From Chiloscyllium plagiosum (lineage: Eukaryota), in the NCBI RefSeq assembly GCF_004010195.1, contig NW_025214901.1:21970-54417 (forward strand): a stretch of DNA of 32,448 bases. The letters run 5' to 3'. The position numbers and the translations under genes are program-made. The notes under the pieces were generated by a model. It was not told where the DNA came from. It was given only the letters and a program-made list of their open reading frames with translations, and searched no databases. This document shows, piece by piece, positions 1 to 12,300 of this stretch. Every line of letters begins with the position of its first letter. Position 1 is the first letter of the stretch.

Positions 1-974
1 CCCCACTCAGAAACGTGAGATCACCAAAATCTCGGCGATGTCTGTACTCACTCGCCGTAACTTCTGTTTGTGCATCGATTCTAAGCTCACTAAGCAAATT
101 TTCTCCTGATCAAGCATTCAACAAACGTTAAACTTTTCATCTGTGTTATGACTCCTTCCATGGCCTCTTCACTTCTGATCAGTGTAATCTGCAGTCTCTT
201 ACTCTCTGCGATTTCTTCACGTTTGACTGTGTTGCTCCTGCCTCTGTTACTTCCAGTTCAGCAGGAAGTTCTGGTATTCCATGTGTGAACATGTCTGCCA
301 CTCTCCTTGTTAATAATACTTGTTCAAAACTTAACCATTATTTGGATGGTCTTCGGAGAGTCAGAGTTGGCTTGTTGGGTGAAATGATCTATTTTCACAT
401 TATAGGGATTCTATGATTCAATGAATCGGGTTAACAATTCTGACATCATGCCTGAACGCAAATCATTGCAGCATCTTAGAATTTTTGGACGTCGGACTCT
501 ACCCTGAAAAAGGACTGCAGTGACGTGCTGTACTTTGAGTGATTGACCACTAAGAAGTACAAACTATTTGGGCTGGATGGTTACACACAGTGGAGAGTTT
601 CCCTTAATTCCAATTGATCCCAGTTTTGCAATATTTATTTGATGCCTTAGTGGGACAGATCATGTCTTAATGTCACGGGCAGTCACTCTCTCCTTGCCTC
701 TGGAGTTCAGTACTTAATACATGTTAGACTAATTCTGCAATGAGGACAAAAAAAGCGTGGCTCTAATGCAATACACAACACCAGTGAGCTGTTTATTGCT
801 GAGAGGGTGCAACCTGGTTAAAATCTTGTTGACCTTTCAATAACTTTGTTGATTGTCTGGAGTTGGGTAATGGTTGTGGTTGGATATTTTTCTGATTTTT
901 TTGGACTCGATATAACTGGCATTTGTTTAAATAGATATAATCTGGTTACACCGTACCAGCTTTGCTGACTATTA

Positions 975-1054
975 ACTCTATTCGTCATTATATTGAATGG
1001 CAAGCAAGCTCGAAGGGCAAAATGACCGACTAGTCTTCCCACGTTTCTCTGTTC
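975..1054 (+). mobile_element. CR1/HER1-type LINE 3' tail fragment
   Basis: cattatattgaatggcaagcaagctcgaagggcaaaatgaccgactagtcttcccacgtttctctgttc resembles the recalled shark CR1 3' terminus (…gaatggcggagcaggctcgaagggccgaatggcctact…tttctatgtt). Confidence 0.65.
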
Positions 1055-1390
1055 CGGATCTGACAGTCGTCAATGTCTACAACACCCAAAAAGGCAAATC
1101 GATTCATGGATTCTGTGCCTCGACCATCCTTTCGCATTCCTGGCTAAAGATGGTTGACACTACTTCCACTATACCTTATGCATGGAATGTGCTGTACTCA
1201 CCCATCTCCCACATGACTGAGACAGACTTTGAGATGAGTATCACCTTTCCAGTCTGATTTGTTCTGAATGAGATGAGTGTGATTGTTCTCCCGAACCAGT
1301 CCCCACCATTCGGAGGCTCGTTCCCATTCATTCTCACTGTCTAAAGGCTTAGTCTCCCTGCCCCCTACTCCTGTTGGGCAAGCAGTGCTG

Positions 1391-1541
1391 CCAATAGCCT
1401 GCCTAGGGTGCATGCGCAGTGTGGTGTGAAGCGACTGGGTTGGAGACATAAAACACAGGCTGGAAACTTCCTGATCAGACACGAAGGCTTGCTTTCACTG
1501 AGAAGCTCACCAATGAAAGGCATCCGCCTAAAACTACAAAT
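1391..1541. promoter_or_regulatory. Possible decayed promoter motif cluster (CCAAT x2, NRF1-like, ETS, ZNF143-like)
   Basis: ccaat 1391 and 1510, tgcatgcgcagt 1409-1420, acttcctg 1466-1473, actacaaat 1533-1541. No CpG island, so weak. Confidence 0.2.
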
Positions 1542-1829
1542 TAGACGGTTTTGTGTTTGCTGTGACTGGGAGTCAAGTGCAGTTTTTCTTTCAGAAACAG
1601 TCTCCGGCTTAAGAGCCTGGGCAGTGAGTTTCAACAGAGAGGAGTTAGGGATGGGGGAAAGTCGATGGAGGCAGGAAAAAAGATTAGAGCCGACATGGGA
1701 AACACTGCCTTAATTTTTCCCAATCCTTGTTGATGTTAATTAGTCAACATGAAGATATTCAAAAGCCAGGTTTGATCAAAAGACGATTTCCAGATATATT
1801 TGAGAATACGCAGAAAACAGGAACAGAAG

Positions 1830-2263
1830 GTATACTGCAGGATTGGAGTAACAATTTTGACATGGCAATTCCAGCAGTGAAACATTTCAGCCATTACATT
1901 AGATTGGAAAGTGCTGCCAGGAAACTTGGAAGATGTTTTCTAAGTCATCAGTGGGCTATTCAGAGTACATAATAGAAAGCGTTCCTTCTCGTAGTAGCAG
2001 TAAGAATACGAGTGTTTAGTTGAAATAAATTACAACAGATCGAAATGTGACGTCAGAAAGGAACTTTACACAGCCAGTAACTATGTCTGGAATGCATTGT
2101 GTGGAACTGTGGTTTAGGCAAGTTCAGTCAAAGTCATCGGTTTATTATGTAACTTGAAACAAGATGCGTGATTACAGGGAAAAGTTGCAGAAACGGAACA
2201 ATATCAGAAAGCATATTCGAGAATCGCGCTGATGCAATGGTTTGAAAGGCTTCCTTCCGTGCC
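1830..2263 (+). mobile_element. Highly degenerate CR1 LINE 3' portion
   Basis: Residual similarity to CR1 ORF2 end and 3' UTR (gtcagaaaggaactttacacag…tctggaatgcattg…gatgcaatggtttgaaaggcttccttccgtgc). Confidence 0.55.
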
Positions 2264-2679
2264 TTAATAATTGCTCACCGAATCTCCACACAACCAGTTA
2301 TCAAACTTGGGCTAATGCCTGATATTGTGCCCAGTTGTTCAAACATACTCAGATTGATGCTTTGTGCCAATGCGTGGCTAAAGTGAATTTTCAAACATAG
2401 TGCTGTCTCCAATTGCATTTTTTTAACAGAAGTTTCTGGAAAATTATCCAAAGCAGGATTTGGATTTCGGCAAAAGGAGGAGGGGGAAGTTGGGAAAACG
2501 GATCATCACTAAATTTCATAATTAATGTTTCAAGTACATGAGAAAGAAAAGGATTTGCTGATGGGTAACTTAGTTAATACATCATACTGAGATTGGACAG
2601 AGTCACTTGATACATCAGGATCTGAATGTCACCTTTCAATGTATTGATCTGAATAGATTTCAAACATCAATGTTATTAA

Positions 2680-2955
2680 ATGCTTACGGTGTGGAACAGG
2701 CCATTCGTACCAACATGTCAAGACCAATTGTCTCGAAAGCAGACCGCATAACACACCCCAAAACCCTGAATTTCCCTGGATACTATGGACCATTTCGTGT
2801 TTGCATTACACATAACCGACACACATATAGACAGTGGGGGAAACTCGAACGCACCTGTGACGGTTGTTCAAACTTCGAACAGACCGACTTCCAAGGCCGG
2901 AATGGAACGCAGGCACTGTGATGTCGCAGTGCTAACCACTGAGCCATCATGCCTC
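2680..2955 (-). mobile_element. HE1-like tRNA-derived SINE (V-SINE type)
   Basis: Reverse strand starts ggcatgatggctcagtggttagcactgcg (A box), B-box-like gttccattcc, and ends in a CR1-like tail (ggcctgttccacaccgtaag). Confidence 0.85.
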
Positions 2956-3810
2956 AATATTGGGAAAGTCCTGAAACGTAGACACATAGTGAATAAACCA
3001 GTGAACAGACTGTGGAAAGAACTTGAGCCAGTTACGCAGCCTCAAAGTCAATTATTTTTCAAAATATTGCCCGCTTCTCTTCAAAACAATTTCATGATTA
3101 TTTGATATTTTCAGTAAATTGACCCAAAAGTAAAGGATTTTCTCAGCTTAGGCAAGTCCTTCCTTCTTACAGTCAGGGTAAGGATCGTGGATGTTACTGG
3201 TGGAGAGGTCAGAGTCAACTAATATTAGTTACATATGACCTTCATCATTACCACTCTCATATTCCTCGTTTTAGATCTCATGGCAACAGCTATGGAAACT
3301 GTGAATACACTTGCGTTCTTCAATGGAGCTTTTTGCTTTTTATGAGGTCCTAATTAACGTTGATATCGTCTTGCTCCAGATCAGCAATATCCGTGGGGGA
3401 AGGGACATGAGAGAGGTTGTGAGCTCCTCGCTGACCATGATGGGGAGGTCTTCTTCATTCTTATAAATGCCTTACTTTTTCTCTAGTCCGAATTCCTGTG
3501 ACTGCACAGGTAAGCAGTCATATCTTGTTCGGAAGGTACTGCAGAGATTAATTATTTCATTGAATTTTAGAGTTCTTTGGTATGGACAGCATTCCTTTTA
3601 TTGACCTATCAATTGACTATAATTCTCTAATTGAGTCATGTACTGGTCTCAGGACATGAATATAACCTGTCAAATTTGAAGAGCCACTGTTCAGGGAATG
3701 TTAAGCCACAACTGCAAACTGGTCTCCCATTCACTCCCAGTTTTCACTCATAAAAGCACGACCTGTGATAAAGAATCTCTTACTCTACTAATTGACGGAG
3801 CGCAACACAT

Positions 3811-5293
3811 AATAAATTAAACTGCATTTATTTAAATGTAAGTGGCCGAACAGGGAAGGCAGATGAACACAGGGCATGGTTAGGGACATGGAACTGGGAT
3901 ATCATAGCAATTTTCGAAACATGGCTCAGGGACGGGAAGGACTGGGAGCATAATGTTCCAGTATACAAATCCCAGAAGAAGATAGAAAGGGAGGCGAGAG
4001 AGGAGGGGGGTGGAGTTTTTGATAAGGCATACCATTACAGCTGTGCTGATATTCCAGGAAATACATTCAGGGAAGTTATTTGGGTGGAAGTGAAAAATAA
4101 GAAACGGATTATCATCTTATTGGGATTTTATTATAGACCTCCTAATAGTCAGAGGGAATTTGAGAGACAAATTTGTAAAGAGATCTCAGCTATGTGTAAG
4201 AATAATAGAGTGAGTATAATACGGGATTTTAACTTTCCAAACATAGACTGGGACTGCCATAGTGTTAAGGGTTTAGATGGAGAGAAATGGTTTAAGTGAG
4301 CACGAGAAAACTTTCTGATTCCGTATGTGGATGTACCTACTCTGACCTGACCAACTCTTGGGAAATAAAGCAGGGCAGGTGACTGAGGTGTCAATGGCCG
4401 AGCACTTTGGGGCGAACAACCAAAATCCTATTAGATTTAAAATAGTGATGTAAAAGGATAGACCAGATCTAAATTTGAACTTCTAAATTGGACAGAGGAC
4501 AATTTTTATAGCATCAGGCAATAACTTTCAAAAGTTGATTGGGGGCAGATTTTCGCAGGTAAAGGTACAGCTTCAGAAATGAGATAACGAGAATCTAGAG
4601 AAAGTAGAAAAAGTATATTCCTGATGGTGGGAGTGGCGGGGGTGGTGGTGTGTGTGGTTGGGTCGGAAAGGCTGGTAGATTTCGGGAATGCTGCATGACT
4701 AATGAAATTGCTGGTTTGGTTAAGAAAAAGAAGGAAACTTATGTAAGGTAGAGATAGGATAGTTCGAATGAATCCTTAGAAAGGTGTAAAGGCAGTAGGA
4801 GTATATTTAAGAGTGAAATCAGGAGGGAAAAAAGGGGACATGAGGTAGCTTTGACAAATAGAATTAAGGAGCATCCAAAGGATTTTTACTAATACGTTAA
4901 GCTCAAAAGGGTGACTAGGGAGTAAGTGGGGCTCCTCAACGATCAGCAATGTGACCTTTGTGTGGAACCGCAGAAAATGGGGCAAGATACTAAACGAGTA
5001 TTTTGCATCATTATTTACTGTGGAAAAGAGAATGGAAGAAGTAGAATGTCGGGGATTAGACAGTGACATCTTGCAAAATGTCTAAATTACAGGAAGAAGT
5101 GCTGGATGTCTTGAAACGCTGGTACAATTGCCACATTTAAGAGACATTTGGATGGGTATATGAATAGGAGAGATTTGGAGGGATATGGGCCGGGTGCTAT
5201 CAGGTGGGACTAGATTGGCTTGGGATATCTGGTCGGCATGAACGGGTTGGACCGAACGATCTGCTCCATGCTGTACATCTCTATGACTCTATG
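3811..5293 (+). mobile_element. CR1/HER1 LINE: APE endonuclease and linker fused directly to the 3' UTR (RT absent)
   Basis: Reads LNCIYLNV…WDIIAIFETWL…LGFYYRPPNS…DFNFPNIDW with stops and frameshifts; switches at ~5119 to the 3' UTR, ending ctctatgactctatg. Confidence 0.92.
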
Positions 5294-5569
5294 GCATAGG
5301 CAGGCCACAACTACATTTCTTATCAACAACAGGTAATTGTTCAAAAAACATGCATTGAATGAAATTGATCACCAGAGGTCCACAGCGCCAATGTTTTCTG
5401 ATCAAACAACAATTAAATCATTGCGATTCCACTTCGCTTTTGCTTCTTTCTCAACATTGATATCGTGCTTCACGAACATCCCTTCCTGGATTTAATGGGC
5501 TTTTATGCTCTGTGCCTTTATTTGGAAAACAGATTAACTTCGACATCAACAAAACTGAATGCGAAACCT

Positions 5570-6300
5570 GACAATCAACAAAAACGGAGTTTCTCAATAA
5601 CACATTTTTCCCAGTGCTCACGTTCAGATTTGCAAAGGCCATTCTTTAACTAAAGTAAAAGAAATAAGCGGTTTAGAACACTTCCGAATTTGTTGAGTGA
5701 TGTTTCTGGGTGATTCCCTTACGCCTTTGGAAATGCTCGGAGATTTCATGATCAGAACATACTCTCCCTACATGTTTCAAAGCCTATGCTAGGGTTTATT
5801 GGGATTTTTTGACTGAGTTGCAGAACCTTACAACTCAAGGCTTGCAGCAGACCCAGGAAGAATCTGCATTGTTGATTTTTGCTGTCATTGGAGGATTGGA
5901 GCGTTTGTGACTGGACTTCTGCCTCTTTTCTGTTTTTACCTGTGTCGTATCATTTGGAACTCAGCAAAGCAAATCATTATTGGGACTGTTTTAAACCAAG
6001 AATATGCAGTTTCTAATGATTCAATTGGGAGAATACAGTCCGTTAATTGTTTTGTCATTGTATTGCTAAGAATATTTATAACAGTTGCCATTGTATACCT
6101 GTTCAAGTTATTCCCAGAGCAGTTTTTATTGAAGATCATTTTCTTTTTGACAATGCACCCAGTGACAGGCTGGAAATGTGCAAGAAGGAACCAGCAAAGT
6201 TTGTAGGAACGCAGGAAGTGGATTCCACCATTCAGCCACTCGAGTATTTTCCACAATTCAAGCAAATCAAAGATGTTCTGAGCCTGAACTCGAGTAACAT
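5570..6300 (+). mobile_element. Very ancient pogo/Tigger-like DDE transposase remnant
   Basis: DNAPSD (6149-6166) then IQPLE (6230-6244) 21 residues later, like Tigger DNAPxH…IQPMD; upstream EES…ERL*LDFC and KQIIIG…LN in the expected order across frameshifts. Confidence 0.4.
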
Positions 6301-7190
6301 GTCTTTGGCCCATTCCCCTTATTATTTTAATTATCTGTCTCAGATGCTTTGTTAATAAATGATCCTGTATCCACTGCTACTTATGCAAGAGAGTTCCAAC
6401 TAACTGACAAAGTATTCCATTATATATTTTCCGAACACATCTTAGACCATGCCTCTTTTCAACTCTCAAAGATTTTGGTGAATAGCCGAGCTTCGAAATG
6501 CACCCAGAGTCTGAGGTGTACTAACTCTGCAAGATCACCCAAACCCGCGTGTTAGCGAGTTCGAACTTCAGATTACTATTCCTGAAATGATTGTTGCTTC
6601 AATTTTATTTTTGATATTCCAAAATAAACGCTTTGGCATTCATTGTGGAGAAATGAGGACAGTATGATCTCAACCACTGCAAACACATTCATGCTCTGTG
6701 TGCGGGATCCAAACAAATTCTGCAGCCTTTCTGCCATTTCTTCAGTCACTTGTGTTTCTCTTTAGAAACATATGTCAAGGCAAATGGAATCAGGGATGTG
6801 CTTTTAAAATACAACCAAAACTTTAAGTATTGGTCAAGTTATACAGGCTCTTGGTTTAAAAACCAATGGTCTCAAGTCTTGCCGACGTTTTTTCTGTCCA
6901 TGATCAAACTTTATCAAGTGGCCTCAGAAATAATTACCAACATCTGGAAGAAATATTTTCAAACATACATGATTGGTTTCGGTTTGATTAATGGATGATT
7001 GCCTCGGAGTTTTAATTTGAAGACTGCTTGACCATTCAAATGCGTTCTAGTGCAGGGCTGTCTTACACTCAGGGAGGACCCCGCGGCTTCCAGCCACACC
7101 GTGACGTTCGATGATATGGGGGTGGGTGGCGAGGTGAGGGGTGCAGGAGAAAGGTGCAGGAGATGGATCGGTGGAAAACGTGCTGGGGAA

Positions 7191-7787
7191 TCTGCACTGG
7201 GAAATCGAAGCGTAGACTGGGTGTTCACTTAGCAGAACATCTATGTTCTGTCCTCAGAAAAGACCCTGAGCTTCCAGTTGCCTGGCACGTGAACACGCCA
7301 CTCTGCTGCCTGGTTAACATCTCTATCTCGGGCTTGCTTCTGTGTTCTAGTGAATCTTAGCACAAGTTGGATCAACACACCTCATTTTCCGCTTGGGGAC
7401 CCTGCAGCCCACTGGACTTAATATAAAATACAAAAATTTTCGGGTCTGAAATATCATGCGTCATTTTGTCACACCGTCTGCTAACGCACACACCCGATTT
7501 TTAACTCCTCACAGTCCCTATGGACAGCTATTTTAACGTATTAGGTCAATATCACTCATTTTGTTTGTCCAACTGTTCGTGCCTCTCTTCGGGTTCGTTT
7601 CCTATCTAATGTGTATACCTTAACTCATCTCCATCCCCCGCCGCCATTCTATCTTCAGCATATAAACCGACATTTTCCTAGCTGCCATCAGTTGTGTGGG
7701 AGTGTCACCTGACCAGAAATGTTGAATCTGCTTTCTCTCCACAGGTTCTGCCAGAAATGCTGACCTTTTCCAGCAACCTAGAATTTA
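7191..7787 (+). mobile_element. Penelope-like element 3' fragment (GIY-YIG endonuclease C-terminus plus tail)
   Basis: CTGKSKRRLGVHLAEHLCSVLRKDPELPVAWH…LIFRLGTLQPTGLN, stop at 7447-7449, then pyrimidine-rich UTR and tail (tctctccacaggttctgccagaaatgctgaccttttccagcaac). Confidence 0.88.
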
Positions 7788-8851
7788 TTAATTAGTCGCC
7801 AGGCACGTGAGACTGAATCAATTAATGGACTGTTACTCAATTTTCAGGGATTTTCATTTGAACATTATACTCATAGGCAATTCAGGCTTTGGCTTCAAAT
7901 TAATCAACTGCTATGCGATTATATTTTTATTTCTGATAACACTTTTCCTTAGTAAAATTTGAGAAATATTGTGTATTGATGTTTGAATTTACGGGAATAT
8001 AACCGGAAAATAGGAATGGAAACCAGTCCATTAGTACCCTCACAGATCCATTATTTCTTGCTGTCTGTGCCTCAGATCCACCCTGTGACACACAGCCTGG
8101 ATTCATTCTCCCTAGAAACAAGAGGAGAGCCTCAAGTATGGAGAATGAAGGGAAAGGCCAAGTCAATGAAGTGGAGAGGGTGGAATGTGGGTGAGACAGA
8201 GAGAAGGGGAATATGAAGGGGAGAGACAGAAGAAGAGAAAGAGGGAGAGACAGAACAGGCATTAGCTTTTGACCTCTGTTTTCAGTCATAATTTAACATC
8301 ATTGCAGTACCACGACTTTCCATAATCCTGCAAAGCAGTGAGATAGTAGGTGTGGGCTTGGAATGCAAAAATACAATGTCTGACCCCACGTCAGAATGTT
8401 TCATGTTCAAATCGCGTTCGGCTTAGGATGTCTACTGAAAGCTCAACCCTCTGGGTTTTGCATCGCGACAGAGTTCGTTCTCTGTGGAAGTTTAAGAATC
8501 AAAATCTCCTCTCTCGTTGCTTTGGATCACACGTGAGCTTTCACTGTCAGCTTCATATGGGAACAATGTTTCCGGGATGTTGTGTGCTCGAAATGTGGTA
8601 AATATCTAGTTCCCTCCAGTGCGAGAAGTCAAACATAAGCTGCTATTCATGGAGTTTAAGCAGACAGCTGCCTTCTCCCGGGCAGCTGCTTCGCTCAGAA
8701 TGTGACAGCGTGGTCTTAATAACATTATACTGACATTTTCTGACTTAATATGTAAGCACTCAACTTTATTCTTCACGCTATCTAAAGATTCCTGATCCTC
8801 CTGTTGCAAATGATTGGGAGTTCAGCTAAAAAAAAAGTTTCCAGTCAGACT

Positions 8852-9335
8852 GTCATAGAGCCATTCGAGATGTTCGGCACAGAAAAACTCCTTTGGTCCA
8901 ATCAGCCATGCCGACCAGTCAATCTGGCTTAATCTAGTCTCAATTGCCAGCACTTGCCCGATATCCTTCTAAACCCTTCTTATTCGTATATCTGGACAGT
9001 TGTTTTCTGAATGTTGTATCTGTACCACCCAAATTCCCTTCCTCTGGGAGCTCATTCCATACACGCACCATCTGCTGAATGCAAAGTTTACCTTTTCGGC
9101 TCCATTTCCCCTCTCACCACTAATCTATGCCCTCTAAATCTGGACTAGCCCACCGCACAGAAGATATCTTTTCCATTTATCCAGTATTGTGCTCCTTAAT
9201 GTATGCCACTCATGATTTTATCAACTACGATAAGGTCACCCCTCCACCCTGGACGTTCCAGGGGAAAAAAACCCAACCTATTCCACATCTCCCTCTGGCT
9301 CACATCCTTTATATCTGGCAACATCCTTGTAAATC
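8852..9335 (-). mobile_element. CR1/HER1 LINE 3' fragment
   Basis: Reverse complement of the same 3' UTR family as 5120-5293 (ccatgccgaccag…aatctagtc…aaacccttcttattc) extending into the ORF2 end. Confidence 0.88.
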
Positions 9336-9339
9336 AATT

Positions 9340-12300
9340 CTGAACAGACATTTTGGTAAAACTAGTCCATGTCTAAATTGAAGAATTCTGGAAGAGTACC
9401 AATAAATTAGACAATCATTGCAAGAAACTATTAAAGGGGAGAATTGGCCGCGCACTTACCTGAATATATGAATTTTGAGCAGGGCAACAGGTTATGGAAG
9501 AATTGGTGCAGTCTAACATTAAGTGGGAGAACTGTGGCAGGACAACACTTGATGGGAGAATTAGAGTAGTGACCCCGTAATTAGGGCAAGGGTATTCCAG
9601 TAATTCTCAGACAATCCTTGAGCACTATCTGACGAATCAGCAATGAACCTCAGATAATAAGATACTTCTTCACTACTGCCCCTCTGAAAATAAACCACTC
9701 CGTCAGGACTAACCCGCTGACAGTTGCAACACCTCAATGCTGTCATGTAACAGCCCTCAATTCTGACCTCATTACACTGATACACTGACAAAGTACATTT
9801 GGAACAGAGGGTCAATACTCAGTCGATGCTTCTTTGTAAAGGGCTCGCAAAGGAAGGAGTGCTGCACAATCAGAGGTTGAGAACAGAGGCTTTACTGAAG
9901 CGCTGCCAGAGGATTAGTACTGACAGAACACTTCTTTTTCACGGCACCAATGAAACAATCCATAAATTCTGACCTTTTGATAAAGAGAAACTGCATCAGA
10001 CTGACCATCAGGCAATGAGGCATTCTTTCACTACTGATCCTCGAAGAAAGTAGGAATGTTCCAAGTCTGACATTGCAGTGCGCTCTCAGTACTGATCCTA
10101 TTATCGATCTGCAAGACCCACAGGGCGGATGCCCAAATCGCGAGGACTTCCTTTAATTCCCCAGTGCCGAACACAAGCACTGAAAATAAGTCCCTTGCTC
10201 AGTTCTGACCGTCTGAAAAGGAATTACTCGTTCAGCACGAACTCTCTGACAGTGCTTCAGTACCACCTCTCTCTTCACCCTCTAATCATGACGCAGCCCT
10301 GAATTCTATTCTCACTGCACTGAGGCACCGAGTGAGTGAAATAGGAACAGAGGTTGAATACACTGCCACTGCCTCTTTGTAATGGGGTTAAAACTGAGGG
10401 ATTGTTCCACAATTACAGCATCAGTACTGAGTTATTGAGGCACTGTCCGAGCCTTAGTAGTGAGGGAGTGCTTCCTTCTCAGAGGGTTAAAAGTGACGAA
10501 GCGTCTTATTGTCAGAATTTCATTCCTGAGGGAGTGACTTGTCAGAGAGTCAGTGATATGTGATTGTATTTGGAATAGCAGAGTACCAGAGCCCAATTCT
10601 CCCATTTAACCGTGCCCTACTCTAATTGCCCTACCTGTATTGTTCTGCCCCAATTCTCTCATTTAATGTTACAGAGCAACAATTATCGCATTATCTGATA
10701 TTGTCTTCCAAAATCTGATATTTAGATAAGTCCTAGCAAAATTCTTCCATTAAGTAATTCTCTCCAATGATTGTCCTGGTCAGTGGTCCCCTGCCCGAAT
10801 TCTTAAATTGAGGCACGGACGATTAAACTGAACTGTCTGTTTCCGGACAGAAAATCTGTATGAGTCTTTTTAGCGCTCCAATGCCTTGTACTGATTCTCC
10901 CTTTTGCCAATTCTGGACAAATTCTGGAACAGGCCAAACTCTCCCATTCTCCCATTTACTGCTGCTCTGTTCCAATATTTAATTTAATGACACTTCCATC
11001 AATCTACTAATGTCATGGCACTGTGAACCATACCCCCCATTTACTAATGTCCAATCCTCCCACTTATTCATACACCTATACTAATTCTTCCATTAACTGG
11101 TGCCCTACTCTAATGCTCCCATTTACTGGCGCCATGTCCCAAATCTAAATTAGTCCTATTATGCATCTGTTCATCCATTTAGTATTTCCAAGCAACAATT
11201 CTCCCCATTTTGTGATCCGCTGCCAGAATTCTCTAATGTCAGTGTCGTCCGCATCAAATTTCCAAATCAACAATCCTGCACAAATCCTTCCTTTCGTGCT
11301 CCAACTCTTCTACTGAGTATAGTGTTTTCCGAATTCTCCCACTTAGTTGTTTTCTGATACAAATCTTTCACATAATGGTGTCCTACTCACTTTTTTTTAA
11401 TCATTTAATGCAACAAATCTCCACGATTGCTCCTTTGCAATGTTTCTCTAAGTTACTGATTCACTGTCCGTGTTCTCCCATTTAATCGTGCATTGCTCCA
11501 ATTTCCTACGTTATTGGCACTCTGCAATAATATTCCCATTTACCGATGTCCTGAACAGATTCTGCATGAATTGCTGAGCTACGCTAATTCTCCCATTTGC
11601 TGATTTTCCCATTGAGGGGTTCCCTACTCTAAATCTCCCAATCAGTACTACACTGCCACAATATTCCTGTTTCGTGCTACATTGAAACAATTCTCCCATT
11701 TATTGCTGCAGCACCTCAGTACTCACCCGCAAATCATGAGGCACTCCCTCGGTTCTGAAAATCTCATAACAAGGCACTGCCTGAGAGTTGAATGTCTCAC
11801 AATAATGCATTTTCACAGTGCTGACAATCTGACCGTTCTTCACTATTTCGGACAATGGGAGAACTGGTGTTGTGTAACACAAAATGGGTCAATACTGACA
11901 CAGTGCCTCATTGTACTTGTATCAGTATTGAAAGACTGCCACACGAGTAGAGGGTCTGTACTGAGAATTCGGAGCTCTATTAAAGCGTCAGTACAGAGGC
12001 ATTGAAGCACTCATTGAACTTGAACACTGAGGGTGAGACTCATTTTCAGAAGGTCAGAATTGTGAGAGTGCACCATTGGGAGAAGGTGAATCCTGAGCCA
12101 ATATCTTGTGATGGAGAAGTTGGAATTGAGGGTTTGTGACATGATTAGTGCATCAATACTGAGATATTGCAGATCTACCAGAGGTTCAGTCCTGACTGAA
12201 TGCCCCATTGGGAGAGGGTACATTTGAGGCAGTGAGTATTTGTCAGAGGGTCAATTCTGTGGCGGTGTCTCATTGCATGGAAATCATATGGGTCACATAT

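Noticed and set aside
40..300. Minus-strand coiled-coil/TRIM-like reading ending at a gtgagt donor-like site
   Set aside because: All frames contain stops and no family motif could be pinned down.
2900..2955. tRNA gene (also 17754-17825)
   Set aside because: These are tRNA-derived SINE heads with A/B boxes but no complete cloverleaf, followed by SINE body.
5936..6400. 125-aa minus ORF, or CR1 RT-like WIQDHLL segment, as a gene
   Set aside because: No recognisable domain; the plus-strand Tigger-like motifs explain the region better.
6766..6998. Exon after acceptor tttctctttag with a vague C-type lectin look
   Set aside because: Needs several frameshifts, lacks conserved Cys/WIGL positions and has no good donor.
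8666..8688. Short inverted repeat cagctgcc…ggcagctg
   Set aside because: An 8-bp stem built on palindromic E-boxes is expected by chance; no RNA family features.
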